Source: a virus (taxonomy: Duplodnaviria; Caudoviricetes). Taken from it: a stretch of 64,000 nucleotides of DNA. Within the stretch, counting starts at the first letter, position 1, and the number at the start of each line of letters is the position of its first letter. The notes under the pieces are model-generated. The model had not been told where the DNA came from and did no database searches. It saw only the letters and a list, made by a program, of their open reading frames with translations. The stretch is from the IMG/VR virus record IMGVR_UViG_3300033072_000529; one strand, given 5' to 3'. Both the position numbers and the translations under genes were made by a program. Positions 31,675 to 39,323 of the stretch are shown here, piece after piece.

Positions 31675-31978
31675 ACAGACATGAAATCATTTCTCATAAA
31701 TCCTATTTGCCCGGTAAGCCATAAATGGCAGGGCACTGGCATGTCCTATATAAACGAGTTTAGTGTAAAAACTTATCGTTTATAACTCCAAAGTCCTAAA
31801 CCACTTTGGAAACAATAACCAAACTGTGGTGTCTTTAAAAGATTTCAGCCCAAATACGAGAAATGCTAAGGTTGATACGATTTATATTGGATGCCCGATA
31901 TAAAGGAAATGGAGGAAATCCATTCGTTATTGCTTAAAATAACGTTATAACGTTATTTTAACGGCGAATGAAATTATT
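31675..31978 (+). ncRNA. candidate structured RNA / multi-hairpin element upstream of HNH gene
   Basis: Promoter TTGACA(31641)-16-TATAAG followed by about 8 consecutive stem-loops including a perfect 28-bp palindrome at 31934-31961. Confidence 0.45.
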
Positions 31979-32650
31979 ATGGCAAAGAGAGATAAAAAAC
32001 GAGAATGTTTAGACTACATAAAATGGTGCAAAGCGAAAGGGTTTATGTTACCTGTACAGCAATACTATGATAAAAGTAACCGTATTGCGCAATTAAAACG
32101 TGACCGATTGCATCGGATTTTGAATTTAGAAATAAAAGATAAATTTATTAATGATAAACGTGCCTATTATAGGCAAGAATATCTAAAGTCTGAACATTGG
32201 CGAGCTTTGAAAGCTGAAAAGCTAAGACTGATTAAAAAATGCGAGAATTGTGGTGCAGGGCAGTGTTTAGATGTACATCATCTAAACTATAAAAATTTAT
32301 ATGATGTTAATGTAACAGATTTACAAGTATTATGTCGAGCTTGTCACATAAGAGAGCACGCAACTTATACAAAGTCTGATAACAATAAGTATGTTGAATT
32401 ACGATCTAAAGAATGCATCAACATATATGAGTCAGGCACCTCGCATAAAAAACCGAAACCCCTGACGGATATAATAATACAGTGTAGTTCATTGAAAAAT
32501 GAAGATAATTTATCTGATAAAGATAAAATGTACCAGAGGAAAATAGAAGAATTTATGGATTCAGGTAAATGGAGGGGATTAAGTAAATCCCAGATAAAAG
32601 CACAGAAACGTAAGATATATCGTGAATGTGTCGCCTATTATAGGGATTGA
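31979..32650 (+). CDS. HNH endonuclease
   Basis: YLKSEHW, CENCG...LDVHHLNY...DLQVLCRACH..EH. Confidence 0.85.
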   Translation: MAKRDKKRECLDYIKWCKAKGFMLPVQQYYDKSNRIAQLKRDRLHRILNLEIKDKFINDKRAYYRQEYLKSEHWRALKAEKLRLIKKCENCGAGQCLDVHHLNYKNLYDVNVTDLQVLCRACHIREHATYTKSDNNKYVELRSKECINIYESGTSHKKPKPLTDIIIQCSSLKNEDNLSDKDKMYQRKIEEFMDSGKWRGLSKSQIKAQKRKIYRECVAYYRD

Positions 32651-32764
32651 TAGAAAAACGAAGAAAATAGTTGACTGGCACACTAAATAGTGTATTGTAT
32701 AGATAGTTAATAGCGAACACAGTTCGCCCTGTAACTGGAAAAGTTATAGGATTAGATTTTTAAT

Positions 32765-32840
32765 TCCAGATTAGCCAAGCAGCTAAGGCACTTCGCTCAT
32801 ATCGAAGGGATCACAGGTGCGAATCCTGTATCTGGAACCA
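32765..32840 (+). tRNA. tRNA-Met/Ile2 (CAT)
   Basis: TCCAGAT/ATCTGGA stem, CTTCG-ctCATat-CGAAG, encoded CCA. Confidence 0.9.
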
Positions 32841-32849
32841 TGATAAAAA

Positions 32850-32927
32850 TCCCATCGGGCTGGCTTGGTGTTAAGCGGTGCTCTGTTAAAGCACATAAGT
32901 GTGGATCGTAACCACAGGTGGGAGCCA
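32850..32927 (+). tRNA. tRNA-Asn (GTT)
   Basis: TCCCATC/GGTGGGA, GTGCT-ctGTTaa-AGCAC, CCA. Confidence 0.9.
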
Positions 32928-33000
32928 TAAACAACAAATTATGTTGCATTCTTCTTGACTTGGGAGAAAGTTAGAGTAAGTTGTTAAAGTAAAGTAAAAT

Positions 33001-33076
33001 TGCGGGAGGCTAGGCCAAGTGGTCTGATGACTCTCATAAGGTTATAAGCTACGTGCGATTCGTAGTCCCGCAACCA
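33001..33076 (+). tRNA. tRNA-Met (CAT), fMet-like acceptor stem
   Basis: TGCGGGA/TCCCGCA, ctCATaa loop, CCA. Confidence 0.85.
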
Positions 33077-33089
33077 TGTTAAGTTAAAT

Positions 33090-33167
33090 TAGGAAGTAAC
33101 CGGTAATTGGTTTCCGACATGCTTTGGGAGCATGATTATGCGAGTTCGAGTCTCGTCTTCCTAACCA
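33090..33167 (+). tRNA. tRNA-Pro (TGG)
   Basis: TAGGAAG/CTTCCTA, CATGC-ttTGGga-GCATG, CCA. Confidence 0.92.
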
Positions 33168-33177
33168 TTTTATATAT

Positions 33178-33253
33178 GCGCGTGTAGCCCAACGGTAGAG
33201 GCACTAGTTTTAGGAACTAGATAGTATGAGTTCGAATCTCATTATGCGTACCA
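33178..33253 (+). tRNA. tRNA-Leu (TAG), short variable loop
   Basis: CTAGT-ttTAGga-ACTAG, TTCGAAT T-loop, CCA. Confidence 0.9.
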
Positions 33254-33255
33254 AT

Positions 33256-33331
33256 ATCCAGTCATGTTCCAAGGTTGGCGACTTTGACTCCAAATCAGAG
33301 TGGTAGAGTTCGATTCTCTAACTGGATGCCA
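33256..33331 (+). tRNA. tRNA-Trp (CCA)
   Basis: ATCCAGT/ACTGGAT, ctCCAaa loop, CCA end. Confidence 0.88.
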
Positions 33332-33345
33332 TGTTAGTAATAAAA

Positions 33346-33431
33346 GGGTTTTGATCCTGTCGGGTGTCTGTAAAACACTTGCCTTTAATATGACGGGAAG
33401 TTGGCAATTCGAGCGTTACGAACAAGACCCA
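33346..33431 (+). tRNA. atypical tRNA-Tyr (GTA), no canonical D-arm
   Basis: GGGTTTTG/CAAGACCC acceptor, GGTGT-ctGTAaa-ACACT, long variable arm. Confidence 0.65.
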
Positions 33432-33441
33432 CGTAGATTGT

Positions 33442-33548
33442 AACATATAGGTATAAAGATAGTACGCCAATAGGAGCATTATTAGAGAGGATGTCATCAC
33501 TAGTAATGCGTGTGATTGGAGGGGACGGCTCAAATCCGTCATATGTAC
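33442..33548 (+). ncRNA. tRNA-like RNA with large hairpin insertion in place of anticodon loop
   Basis: ACATAT/ATATGT acceptor, GTAT/GTAC D-stem, CCAAT/ATTGG stem, GACGG-CTCAAAT-CCGTC T-arm. Confidence 0.55.
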
Positions 33549-33602
33549 GCGATTGACTTGAATTAACAAGTGCAAGGGGAGTTAGTAGTCCCCACAATTT
33601 AT

Positions 33603-33673
33603 CGCTGAGTAGCTTAATGGCAAAGCAATACACTGAAAATGTATGGAATCCAGTTCGATTCTGGGGTCAGCGG
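33603..33673 (+). tRNA. tRNA-Phe (GAA)
   Basis: ATACA-ctGAAaa-TGTAT, TTCGATT T-loop. Confidence 0.88.
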
Positions 33674-33684
33674 CTCCGTATAAA

Positions 33685-33760
33685 GGATGAGTATGCCGCC
33701 TGTCTTCGAAACAGGAGAAAGCTAATTGGACACATGGAGGTTCGAATCCTCTCTCATTCA
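33685..33760 (+). tRNA. atypical tRNA-Arg (TCG), no D-arm
   Basis: GGATGAG/CTCATTC, CCTGT-ctTCGaa-ACAGG, GGAGG-TTCGAAT-CCTCT. Confidence 0.7.
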
Positions 33761-33775
33761 TATCAAAATATAAAT

Positions 33776-33851
33776 GCTCTTGTGGTGGAATGGATAACAC
33801 GGTTCCCTGCGAAGGAATAGATTAGTGGTTCGAGTCCACTCTAGAGTACCA
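33776..33851 (+). tRNA. tRNA-Arg (GCG)
   Basis: GTTCC-ctGCGaa-GGAAT, CCA. Confidence 0.88.
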
Positions 33852-33874
33852 ATAAAAAAAATGAACAGATTTAT

Positions 33875-33948
33875 GCTCCTGTAGCTCAATGATAGAGCAG
33901 AAGGCTCTTAACCTTTTGATGAGAGTTTGATTCTCTCTAGGAGTACCA
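33875..33948 (+). tRNA. tRNA-Lys (CTT)
   Basis: GAAGG-ctCTTaa-CCTTT, CCA. Confidence 0.92.
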
Positions 33949-34079
33949 TTTTCTTTATTAAGTGCCCATTAGGAATAAAGAATTAAAGCATCGAATGGCG
34001 AACGTTCGGTCATATGTAAACGATTATTAGCAACGAAGGGCAGCATTCAACTTCTAACACATGATAATTAGACCTAAAT

Positions 34080-34153
34080 GGGTGTGAAGCATTTTAGTGA
34101 TGCAGCGGTCTTTTAAACCGCAGAACAGGGAGCGTTACCCTGCACACCTACCA
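34080..34153 (+). tRNA. tRNA-Lys (TTT)
   Basis: GCGGT-ctTTTaa-ACCGC, CCA. Confidence 0.92.
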
Positions 34154-34178
34154 TTTAACAACCAAATCAATATAATAT

Positions 34179-34592
34179 ATGTCAGAATCGCCAAAATTGA
34201 AAATTTCAACCAGAAAAGTGATTGATGAACTAGACTTTTCAGATTTAGTTACCCAGGTATATGGGCGACCATACAACTATCAACAACAAGATAATTGTAA
34301 GGACCGAGGTACGGAATATTTAACCGTACCAGTGGAGAATCCATATGATTATGAGAATGATACTGTACCGGAGATAGTAAATGATGATAAGATGGGTGTG
34401 TCATTCAAAGCATGGTTGGCCCGCGATCCGAAAACTCCATTAGCGGATGGAGAGTATAATAATCAGTATGATTGGGAAGTTCCAATGTGGTGGGAACAAA
34501 ATTTCTACCCGCACATTGATCAGATCATCAATGATCTACACTCCCGAGGAATATTACCCGCAGGCGAATATACACTGGATATAGATTGGTAA
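34179..34592 (+). CDS. hypothetical phage protein
   Basis: 137-aa ORF within tRNA array. Confidence 0.75.
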   Translation: MSESPKLKISTRKVIDELDFSDLVTQVYGRPYNYQQQDNCKDRGTEYLTVPVENPYDYENDTVPEIVNDDKMGVSFKAWLARDPKTPLADGEYNNQYDWEVPMWWEQNFYPHIDQIINDLHSRGILPAGEYTLDIDW

Positions 34593-34636
34593 TATAATCT
34601 GCTATCATCGAGTGAAGTATACTTTCAATATAAAAT

Positions 34637-34712
34637 GTCTACATGGCTCGAAAGGTTAGGCGCAGTACTGCAAATACTGATTATGAGATTTCAAAATTCT
34701 CTGTAGACTTCA
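34637..34712 (+). tRNA. tRNA-Cys (GCA)
   Basis: GTCTACA/TGTAGAC, U73, CAGTA-ctGCAaa-TACTG. Confidence 0.88.
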
Positions 34713-34727
34713 TTGCTAAGTATAGAA

Positions 34728-35351
34728 ATGGAGCAAAAAACTTGCAAAAACTGTAACATCACTAAAAATGCTAGTGAATTTTATAAAACTTCATTAGCTA
34801 AAGGCTACTGTAAAGTGTGCCATAATCAAAAATCAACGGAGCACAAGATTGCTCGCAAAGTTATGTTCTGTGCCTTATTAGGCAGTAAATGTTCTATATG
34901 TGGATATATGAGATGTGTCAGAGCTTTGGAATTTCATCATGTTAATCCAAAGGCTAAAGAGTTTAATATTTCAAAGAATATGAACAATAATGTAATTGTT
35001 TTGGAAATCGACAAATGTATATTAGTATGCTCTAATTCTCATAGAGAAATACATAGCGGATTAATACCTCAGTCGATCATTGATGAAATATATAAGAATA
35101 TTGATAAACAGCGAATATATAATTCGTTATGTAAAAACGAGAAAGTTGAGCATAAGTGTCGCATATGTGGAATAGATCGAGTATCATCTAATAATAGAAT
35201 GTGTAATAAGTGTAAGGGTATTAAATCTAGGCGTGTGAAAAGTCGTCCACCTATGGACGAATTGAGGGAGATGATATCAGCAACTTCTTATGTGAAAGTC
35301 GCTGAAAAATATGGAGTCACGGATAATACTATACGTAAATGGCTGAAATAA
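34728..35351 (+). CDS. HNH homing endonuclease with Zn fingers and C-terminal HTH
   Basis: CSICGY...ALEFHH...KCILVCSNSHREIH; VAEKYGVTDNTIRKW; inserted in tRNA array. Confidence 0.85.
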   Translation: MEQKTCKNCNITKNASEFYKTSLAKGYCKVCHNQKSTEHKIARKVMFCALLGSKCSICGYMRCVRALEFHHVNPKAKEFNISKNMNNNVIVLEIDKCILVCSNSHREIHSGLIPQSIIDEIYKNIDKQRIYNSLCKNEKVEHKCRICGIDRVSSNNRMCNKCKGIKSRRVKSRPPMDELREMISATSYVKVAEKYGVTDNTIRKWLK

Positions 35352-35428
35352 AAGTCGATATGTTAAATCCCTTCTCTTTTTAGATAAAAAACATTTGACA
35401 TTCAGACTCTTATAGAGTAAGATAACAT

Positions 35429-35659
35429 ATGATGACGACCACAAGTATTTTAACTTCTACCGCAGAAGCAGACAAGCTAATCCTAGACATGGGTTTTGAC
35501 CCAGGATTGATCCCCAATCGGCTCAAACAAGATATCCCTTCATTAGAAGAATATTTGAAATCTCTCCAAAAGATGACAGATCGGATAGATAATGTAATGG
35601 ATATTATGTATGGCGATGAAAAAGCATCGTGTTGCGGTAAATGTGGATGTGAAAATTAA
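35429..35659 (+). CDS. hypothetical protein, Cys-rich C-terminus
   Basis: Own promoter TTGACA-17-TAAGAT 5 nt upstream. Confidence 0.65.
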   Translation: MMTTTSILTSTAEADKLILDMGFDPGLIPNRLKQDIPSLEEYLKSLQKMTDRIDNVMDIMYGDEKASCCGKCGCEN

Positions 35660-35667
35660 TTAATAAT

Positions 35668-35739
35668 GACCCTGTAGATCAATAGTAGTATCGTCACGCT
35701 TTCAACGTGAAGACGCCGGAGCGTAACCGGCCTGGGTTG
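35668..35739 (+). tRNA. tRNA-Glu (TTC)
   Basis: TCACG-ctTTCaa-CGTGA. Confidence 0.88.
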
Positions 35740-35756
35740 CTTTGTAATAAAAAAAT

Positions 35757-35830
35757 TGCCCATTAGCATAAAAGGAATGCATTCGGCTTTGGCCCGAATC
35801 AAGGGGGAGCGTTACCCTCATGGGCTGCCA
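35757..35830 (+). tRNA. tRNA-Gln (TTG)
   Basis: TTCGG-ctTTGgc-CCGAA, CCA. Confidence 0.88.
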
Positions 35831-35839
35831 TATAATAAC

Positions 35840-35912
35840 GGTCGTATGACAGAAATGGTTATGTGCTTCTCTCGTAAAGAAGATTATAGGGATTCAATCG
35901 CCCTTGCGACCT
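35840..35912 (+). tRNA. tRNA-Thr (CGT)
   Basis: GGTCGTA/TGCGACC, CTTCT-ctCGTaa-AGAAG. Confidence 0.85.
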
Positions 35913-36098
35913 CATGACAAATACATTGACTCAGACAATAACAACACAGTTGACTGCACTCGCTAGTGGTTATGGATTAACATCCATGCCTATAGATGAG
36001 TCTACCAAAAAAGTGAAGAGTATTCAAACGATTTGAATCTGAATCTAAATGAAACCGGATTCAAGAATATAGAATAGTATTAGACATATCCAAAATAA

Positions 36099-36257
36099 AT
36101 GAGTGATATTGAATATTTTAATGATGTGGCAAAGACAGTTTGGTCTAGGTTATACCCTGAAAGAAAGCCATTTGATCAGATTGATCCAGTGGCACAATCA
36201 GAGTGGCGTAGATTTGTAGAAATCACTTTGTTGGTGAATGCCCAATGGGGGCGATAA
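36099..36257 (+). CDS. small hypothetical protein (52 aa, below ORF-track cutoff)
   Basis: MSDIEYFNDVAKTVWSRLYPERKPFDQIDPVAQSEWRRFVEITLLVNAQWGR. Confidence 0.5.
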   Translation: MSDIEYFNDVAKTVWSRLYPERKPFDQIDPVAQSEWRRFVEITLLVNAQWGR

Positions 36258-36262
36258 TTTCT

Positions 36263-36334
36263 GGTCCATAAGCATAATTGGTGATGCACAGCTTTTGTAA
36301 TGCTGACAATGGGGTTCGATTCCTCAATGGACCT
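36263..36334 (+). tRNA. tRNA-Thr (TGT)
   Basis: GGTCCAT/ATGGACC, ttTGTaa loop. Confidence 0.88.
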
Positions 36335-36344
36335 TTCAGTTAAT

Positions 36345-36418
36345 GGGCTATTGGTGTTTAACAGTTAGCACGATACATTGCCAATGTGTAAGAAAGGATG
36401 CAAATTCCTTATAGCCTT
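36345..36418 (+). tRNA. tRNA-Gly (GCC)
   Basis: GGGCTAT/ATAGCCT, ttGCCaa loop. Confidence 0.85.
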
Positions 36419-36435
36419 CGTAAAAAATAATATAT

Positions 36436-36509
36436 GCGTCGTTGACAGACCGGATTAATGTAACTGCCTTCCAAGCAGATTCTAGGGGGTTCGATTCCCC
36501 CACGACGCT
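36436..36509 (+). tRNA. tRNA-Gly (TCC)
   Basis: GCGTCGT/ACGACGC, ctTCCaa loop. Confidence 0.9.
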
Positions 36510-36515
36510 TTTAAT

Positions 36516-36588
36516 GGTCATTAAGCATAGATAGCGATGTAATACATTGGTAATGTATGGATGGCGAGTGCAAGTCTCGCAATGACCT
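36516..36588 (+). tRNA. tRNA-Thr (GGT)
   Basis: GGTCATT/AATGACC, ATACA-ttGGTaa-TGTAT. Confidence 0.88.
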
Positions 36589-36610
36589 CTTAATCTTAAA
36601 CTAATAAAAA

Positions 36611-37072
36611 ATGAAACCACTACACTACGAAATAATATTTACCAGATGGAATGGTATGACTTGTTCATGCTGTCGGGAAGATTATCAGACAGAAGAAGAA
36701 ATCGATGTCGATTCTATCGAGGATTTAAAATCCTATATCGAAAAATATATACTAGAGGATGCTGTTAAATGCGCATTAGATTTCGATGAAATACTTTGTC
36801 TTTGGAGAATAACACAAAGGGTGAGTTACAACGCATATATAACAATTGATCTAGATGATGAATTTCCTGGTTGGCATGATACCTTGCAAGAGAAAGCCAA
36901 AAAGCTTCGACATAAGCATGAAACGATAAATCAAATTGAAAAATTGGATAGATCGATTCAGGTGGCAAGAATCGAATTGGCGGAAAATGCGATACAGCAG
37001 CGAATTAATCGATTAGTAGATAAACAGAAAAAGTTGCAGGAAGAACTTGGCAAACTCGATCTTGTGGTGTAG
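36611..37072 (+). CDS. hypothetical protein with coiled coil
   Basis: 153-aa ORF in tRNA array. Confidence 0.7.
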   Translation: MKPLHYEIIFTRWNGMTCSCCREDYQTEEEIDVDSIEDLKSYIEKYILEDAVKCALDFDEILCLWRITQRVSYNAYITIDLDDEFPGWHDTLQEKAKKLRHKHETINQIEKLDRSIQVARIELAENAIQQRINRLVDKQKKLQEELGKLDLVV

Positions 37073-37081
37073 AATACCAAT

Positions 37082-37321
37082 ATGAGTGAAGAGAATCACA
37101 TTGAATATGCAGTGTACCATGGTAAGCCAGGGTACGGAACAGGCGAACAACAAAGAGAATCTGCAAAGGTTTTCGAGGTTGGTAAACAATATAAAATTAT
37201 AGGTGGAGAGATGTATGCGTACCATACGGATATTATCCTAGAGGGTGTTGATGGGAGATGGAATTCAGTTCTATTTGACTTCGATTATAGTAAAGCCCCT
37301 TTAAAGCACCTATATCGATAA
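37082..37321 (+). CDS. hypothetical protein
   Basis: 79-aa ORF. Confidence 0.7.
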   Translation: MSEENHIEYAVYHGKPGYGTGEQQRESAKVFEVGKQYKIIGGEMYAYHTDIILEGVDGRWNSVLFDFDYSKAPLKHLYR

Positions 37322-37328
37322 CTTTTAT

Positions 37329-37405
37329 GCGGAGATAGCTCAATTGCGTGGAGCAACACGTTTACACCGTGAAGGTTGAGGGTTCAAGTCCCTCTCTCCG
37401 TACCA
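37329..37405 (+). tRNA. tRNA-Val (TAC)
   Basis: GCGGAGA/TCTCCGT, ttTACac loop, CCA. Confidence 0.92.
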
Positions 37406-37420
37406 TTTAACATAACTTAT

Positions 37421-37495
37421 GCCCTTGGTCGTCTAACGGTAGGACTCAAAATTGTGGATTTTGTAATACGGGTTCGATTCCCGTCCAGGGAACCA
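37421..37495 (+). tRNA. tRNA-His (GTG)
   Basis: CAAAA-ttGTGga-TTTTG, encoded G-1, A73, CCA. Confidence 0.88.
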
Positions 37496-37549
37496 ATAAT
37501 AATATATAGGTATAGAATACCAGTCAGTTATAGATTCCAACGAGAGTGG

Positions 37550-37777
37550 ATGTATGAGGATGATATCCAATGTTATGTGGATAACAACAAAGGTGGTAAA
37601 CAAACTACCATCATTGTACCATCAGAAGCAACGGCATCGTATATTAAGCAGACTGGAAAGACCCAAAAATGGTATGTGTATAGTGTTTGGTTGCGGCAAC
37701 CATTAGCATCTTTTGTTCATTGGAAATATGCTCTTAAATTTCTAAGAAAACATATAGATTGTGATAGATATCCATGA
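37550..37777 (+). CDS. hypothetical protein
   Basis: First ATG downstream of tRNA-His; the track's longer ORF runs through two tRNAs. Confidence 0.55.
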   Translation: MYEDDIQCYVDNNKGGKQTTIIVPSEATASYIKQTGKTQKWYVYSVWLRQPLASFVHWKYALKFLRKHIDCDRYP

Positions 37778-38118
37778 ATATAGTTAAATCCGCTAAGCTA
37801 GAATTAATATCCATTAAAAAATCAGTTCGGAATTGGGAATCCTATAGAGGTTGTGATTCGATAGCCCTATTGGCTCAGATTCGACGGATGTATGAAAGTA
37901 TAATCGTTTCTGATATAGAAACAGCTAAAAAGTATTATTCAGTTAAAATCATATTACCTGAATGGGTAGCGAATCATCTATTTGGTATAGAAGAAACCCA
38001 TTGTTATATGGGATGGTTTAGGCGGAATAGACAAGTAAAAGCGGGTGCGATTAGTTATAGACGAGATTCGTCGGGAAAATATCTTTTCAGTAAAAAACAA
38101 ACCCTTAAACGGGTTTAA
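37774..38118 (+). CDS. hypothetical protein
   Basis: ATGA-coupled 114-aa ORF. Confidence 0.65.
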   Translation: MNIVKSAKLELISIKKSVRNWESYRGCDSIALLAQIRRMYESIIVSDIETAKKYYSVKIILPEWVANHLFGIEETHCYMGWFRRNRQVKAGAISYRRDSSGKYLFSKKQTLKRV

Positions 38119-38123
38119 TAAAT

Positions 38124-38214
38124 CAGTCCTACTGAGGTTGGCTCCTCAAACTGCTTGGAAAGCAGTAGTATCTAATCGTTTGATTGGATAATCGTTCGAT
38201 GCGATTAGGATTGG
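38124..38214 (+). tRNA. tRNA-Ser (GGA)
   Basis: ACTGC-ttGGAaa-GCAGT, long variable arm. Confidence 0.85.
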
Positions 38215-38228
38215 CTTTTTAATAAAAA

Positions 38229-38316
38229 GGGTAATTAATTCCAGCGGCCTGGAACACTGCTTTGAATACAGTTGGAACGGCAAAAACCGTTTGGGGATCG
38301 ACACCTCAGTTACCCG
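38229..38316 (+). tRNA. tRNA-Ser (TGA)
   Basis: GGGTAAT/GTTACCC, ttTGAat loop, long variable arm. Confidence 0.85.
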
Positions 38317-38385
38317 TATTAATAGAACTACCAAAATAGAAGAATGTCAGATCGGTACGGTGGATGTATATAACGATAGATATAT

Positions 38386-38470
38386 GGAATATGCTGAGTA
38401 CGGTAGCTCAAACGCCCTCGAAACGCGTAGTATCCCGTGAAGGATAACGGTTCAATTCCGTCATATTCCT
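38386..38470 (+). tRNA. tRNA-Ser (CGA), 8/4 fold possible
   Basis: GGAATATG/CATATTCC, ctCGAaa loop, ACGG-TTCAATT-CCGT. Confidence 0.8.
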
Positions 38471-38482
38471 CTTAGATTTAAT

Positions 38483-38575
38483 GGAAAATAAACCACTGAG
38501 GTAGTGGACCTCCCTGCTAAGGAGTGTGTGCCGTAACCAATCGTCTTGCATGGATTTCGAATATCCTGTTTTCCT
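38483..38575 (+). tRNA. tRNA-Ser (GCT), 8/4 fold possible
   Basis: GGAAAATA/TGTTTTCC, CTCC-ctGCTaa-GGAG, GGAT-TTCGAAT-ATCC. Confidence 0.8.
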
Positions 38576-38586
38576 CTTTCAATAAT

Positions 38587-38661
38587 CCGTGTGTGCCTGA
38601 ATAGTAAAGGACTCGCCCGATAAGCGAGCATATAAGGGTGCGATTCCCTTCACACGGACCA
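38587..38661 (+). tRNA. tRNA-Ile (GAT)
   Basis: CCGTGTG/CACACGG, CTCGC-ccGATaa-GCGAG, CCA. Confidence 0.9.
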
Positions 38662-38786
38662 TAAAATAACTTTTATTACTTAATAGTGTTCCCTTAGCTA
38701 GACAGTGGATTCTCTATTTTTCAGATACCATTCCCTGCGAACTATAGTTTGACATACCATAAAAATACAGTATAATTCACATTGAT

Positions 38787-39323
38787 ATGAATAATTTTCC
38801 GATAGATGTTAATAAATTATATGGTATACCTTTAGGTTCTCATCCAGGCGCATACGGAGTAAAACGTAAGTTTAATGTACATGAAGGTATTGACTTATAC
38901 GGTAAACCGGGTGATAATGTATATGCAATACGGGATGGGGAAGTGTTAGTGATTCTACCATTCACTGGTCCTAAAGCAGGGTGTCCTTGGTGGTTAGACA
39001 CTGATGCTGTACTGGTTAGGGATGAGGACGGTTACTATGTCTATGGGGAGGTTAAAGCCTCTGTAGAAGTGGGTGACAGGATTGTATCAGGGCAAGTGAT
39101 TGCCACCCTGACTCCAGTGTTAGAGGCGCAAAAATTTAGAAAAGATATTCCAGGGCACAGTGTAACAATGCTACATTTAGAACGATATGATAATACATAT
39201 AATCCCAATGATGGGTGGGCTACTTGGAATGATCTGCCGGATAAACCCCTATTCTTACAAGACCCCACCCCAGCACTAATACAAATATTAAAAGATAACA
39301 ATATAAATTATAAAGAATTATGA
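38787..39323 (+). CDS. M23 family peptidase
   Basis: HEGIDL, VYAIRDGEV, VEVGDRIVSGQVI, LHLE. Confidence 0.85.
   Translation: MNNFPIDVNKLYGIPLGSHPGAYGVKRKFNVHEGIDLYGKPGDNVYAIRDGEVLVILPFTGPKAGCPWWLDTDAVLVRDEDGYYVYGEVKASVEVGDRIVSGQVIATLTPVLEAQKFRKDIPGHSVTMLHLERYDNTYNPNDGWATWNDLPDKPLFLQDPTPALIQILKDNNINYKEL

Noticed and set aside
33318-33820. ORF-track proteins overlapping tRNAs (also 36348-36620, 38146-38334, 41140-41418, 5' part of 37376-37777)
   Set aside because: Chance ORFs across tRNA genes
33963-34042. Possible further tRNA or ncRNA closed by TGCCC/GGGCA
   Set aside because: Could not build convincing D, anticodon or T arms; only a 5-bp closing stem
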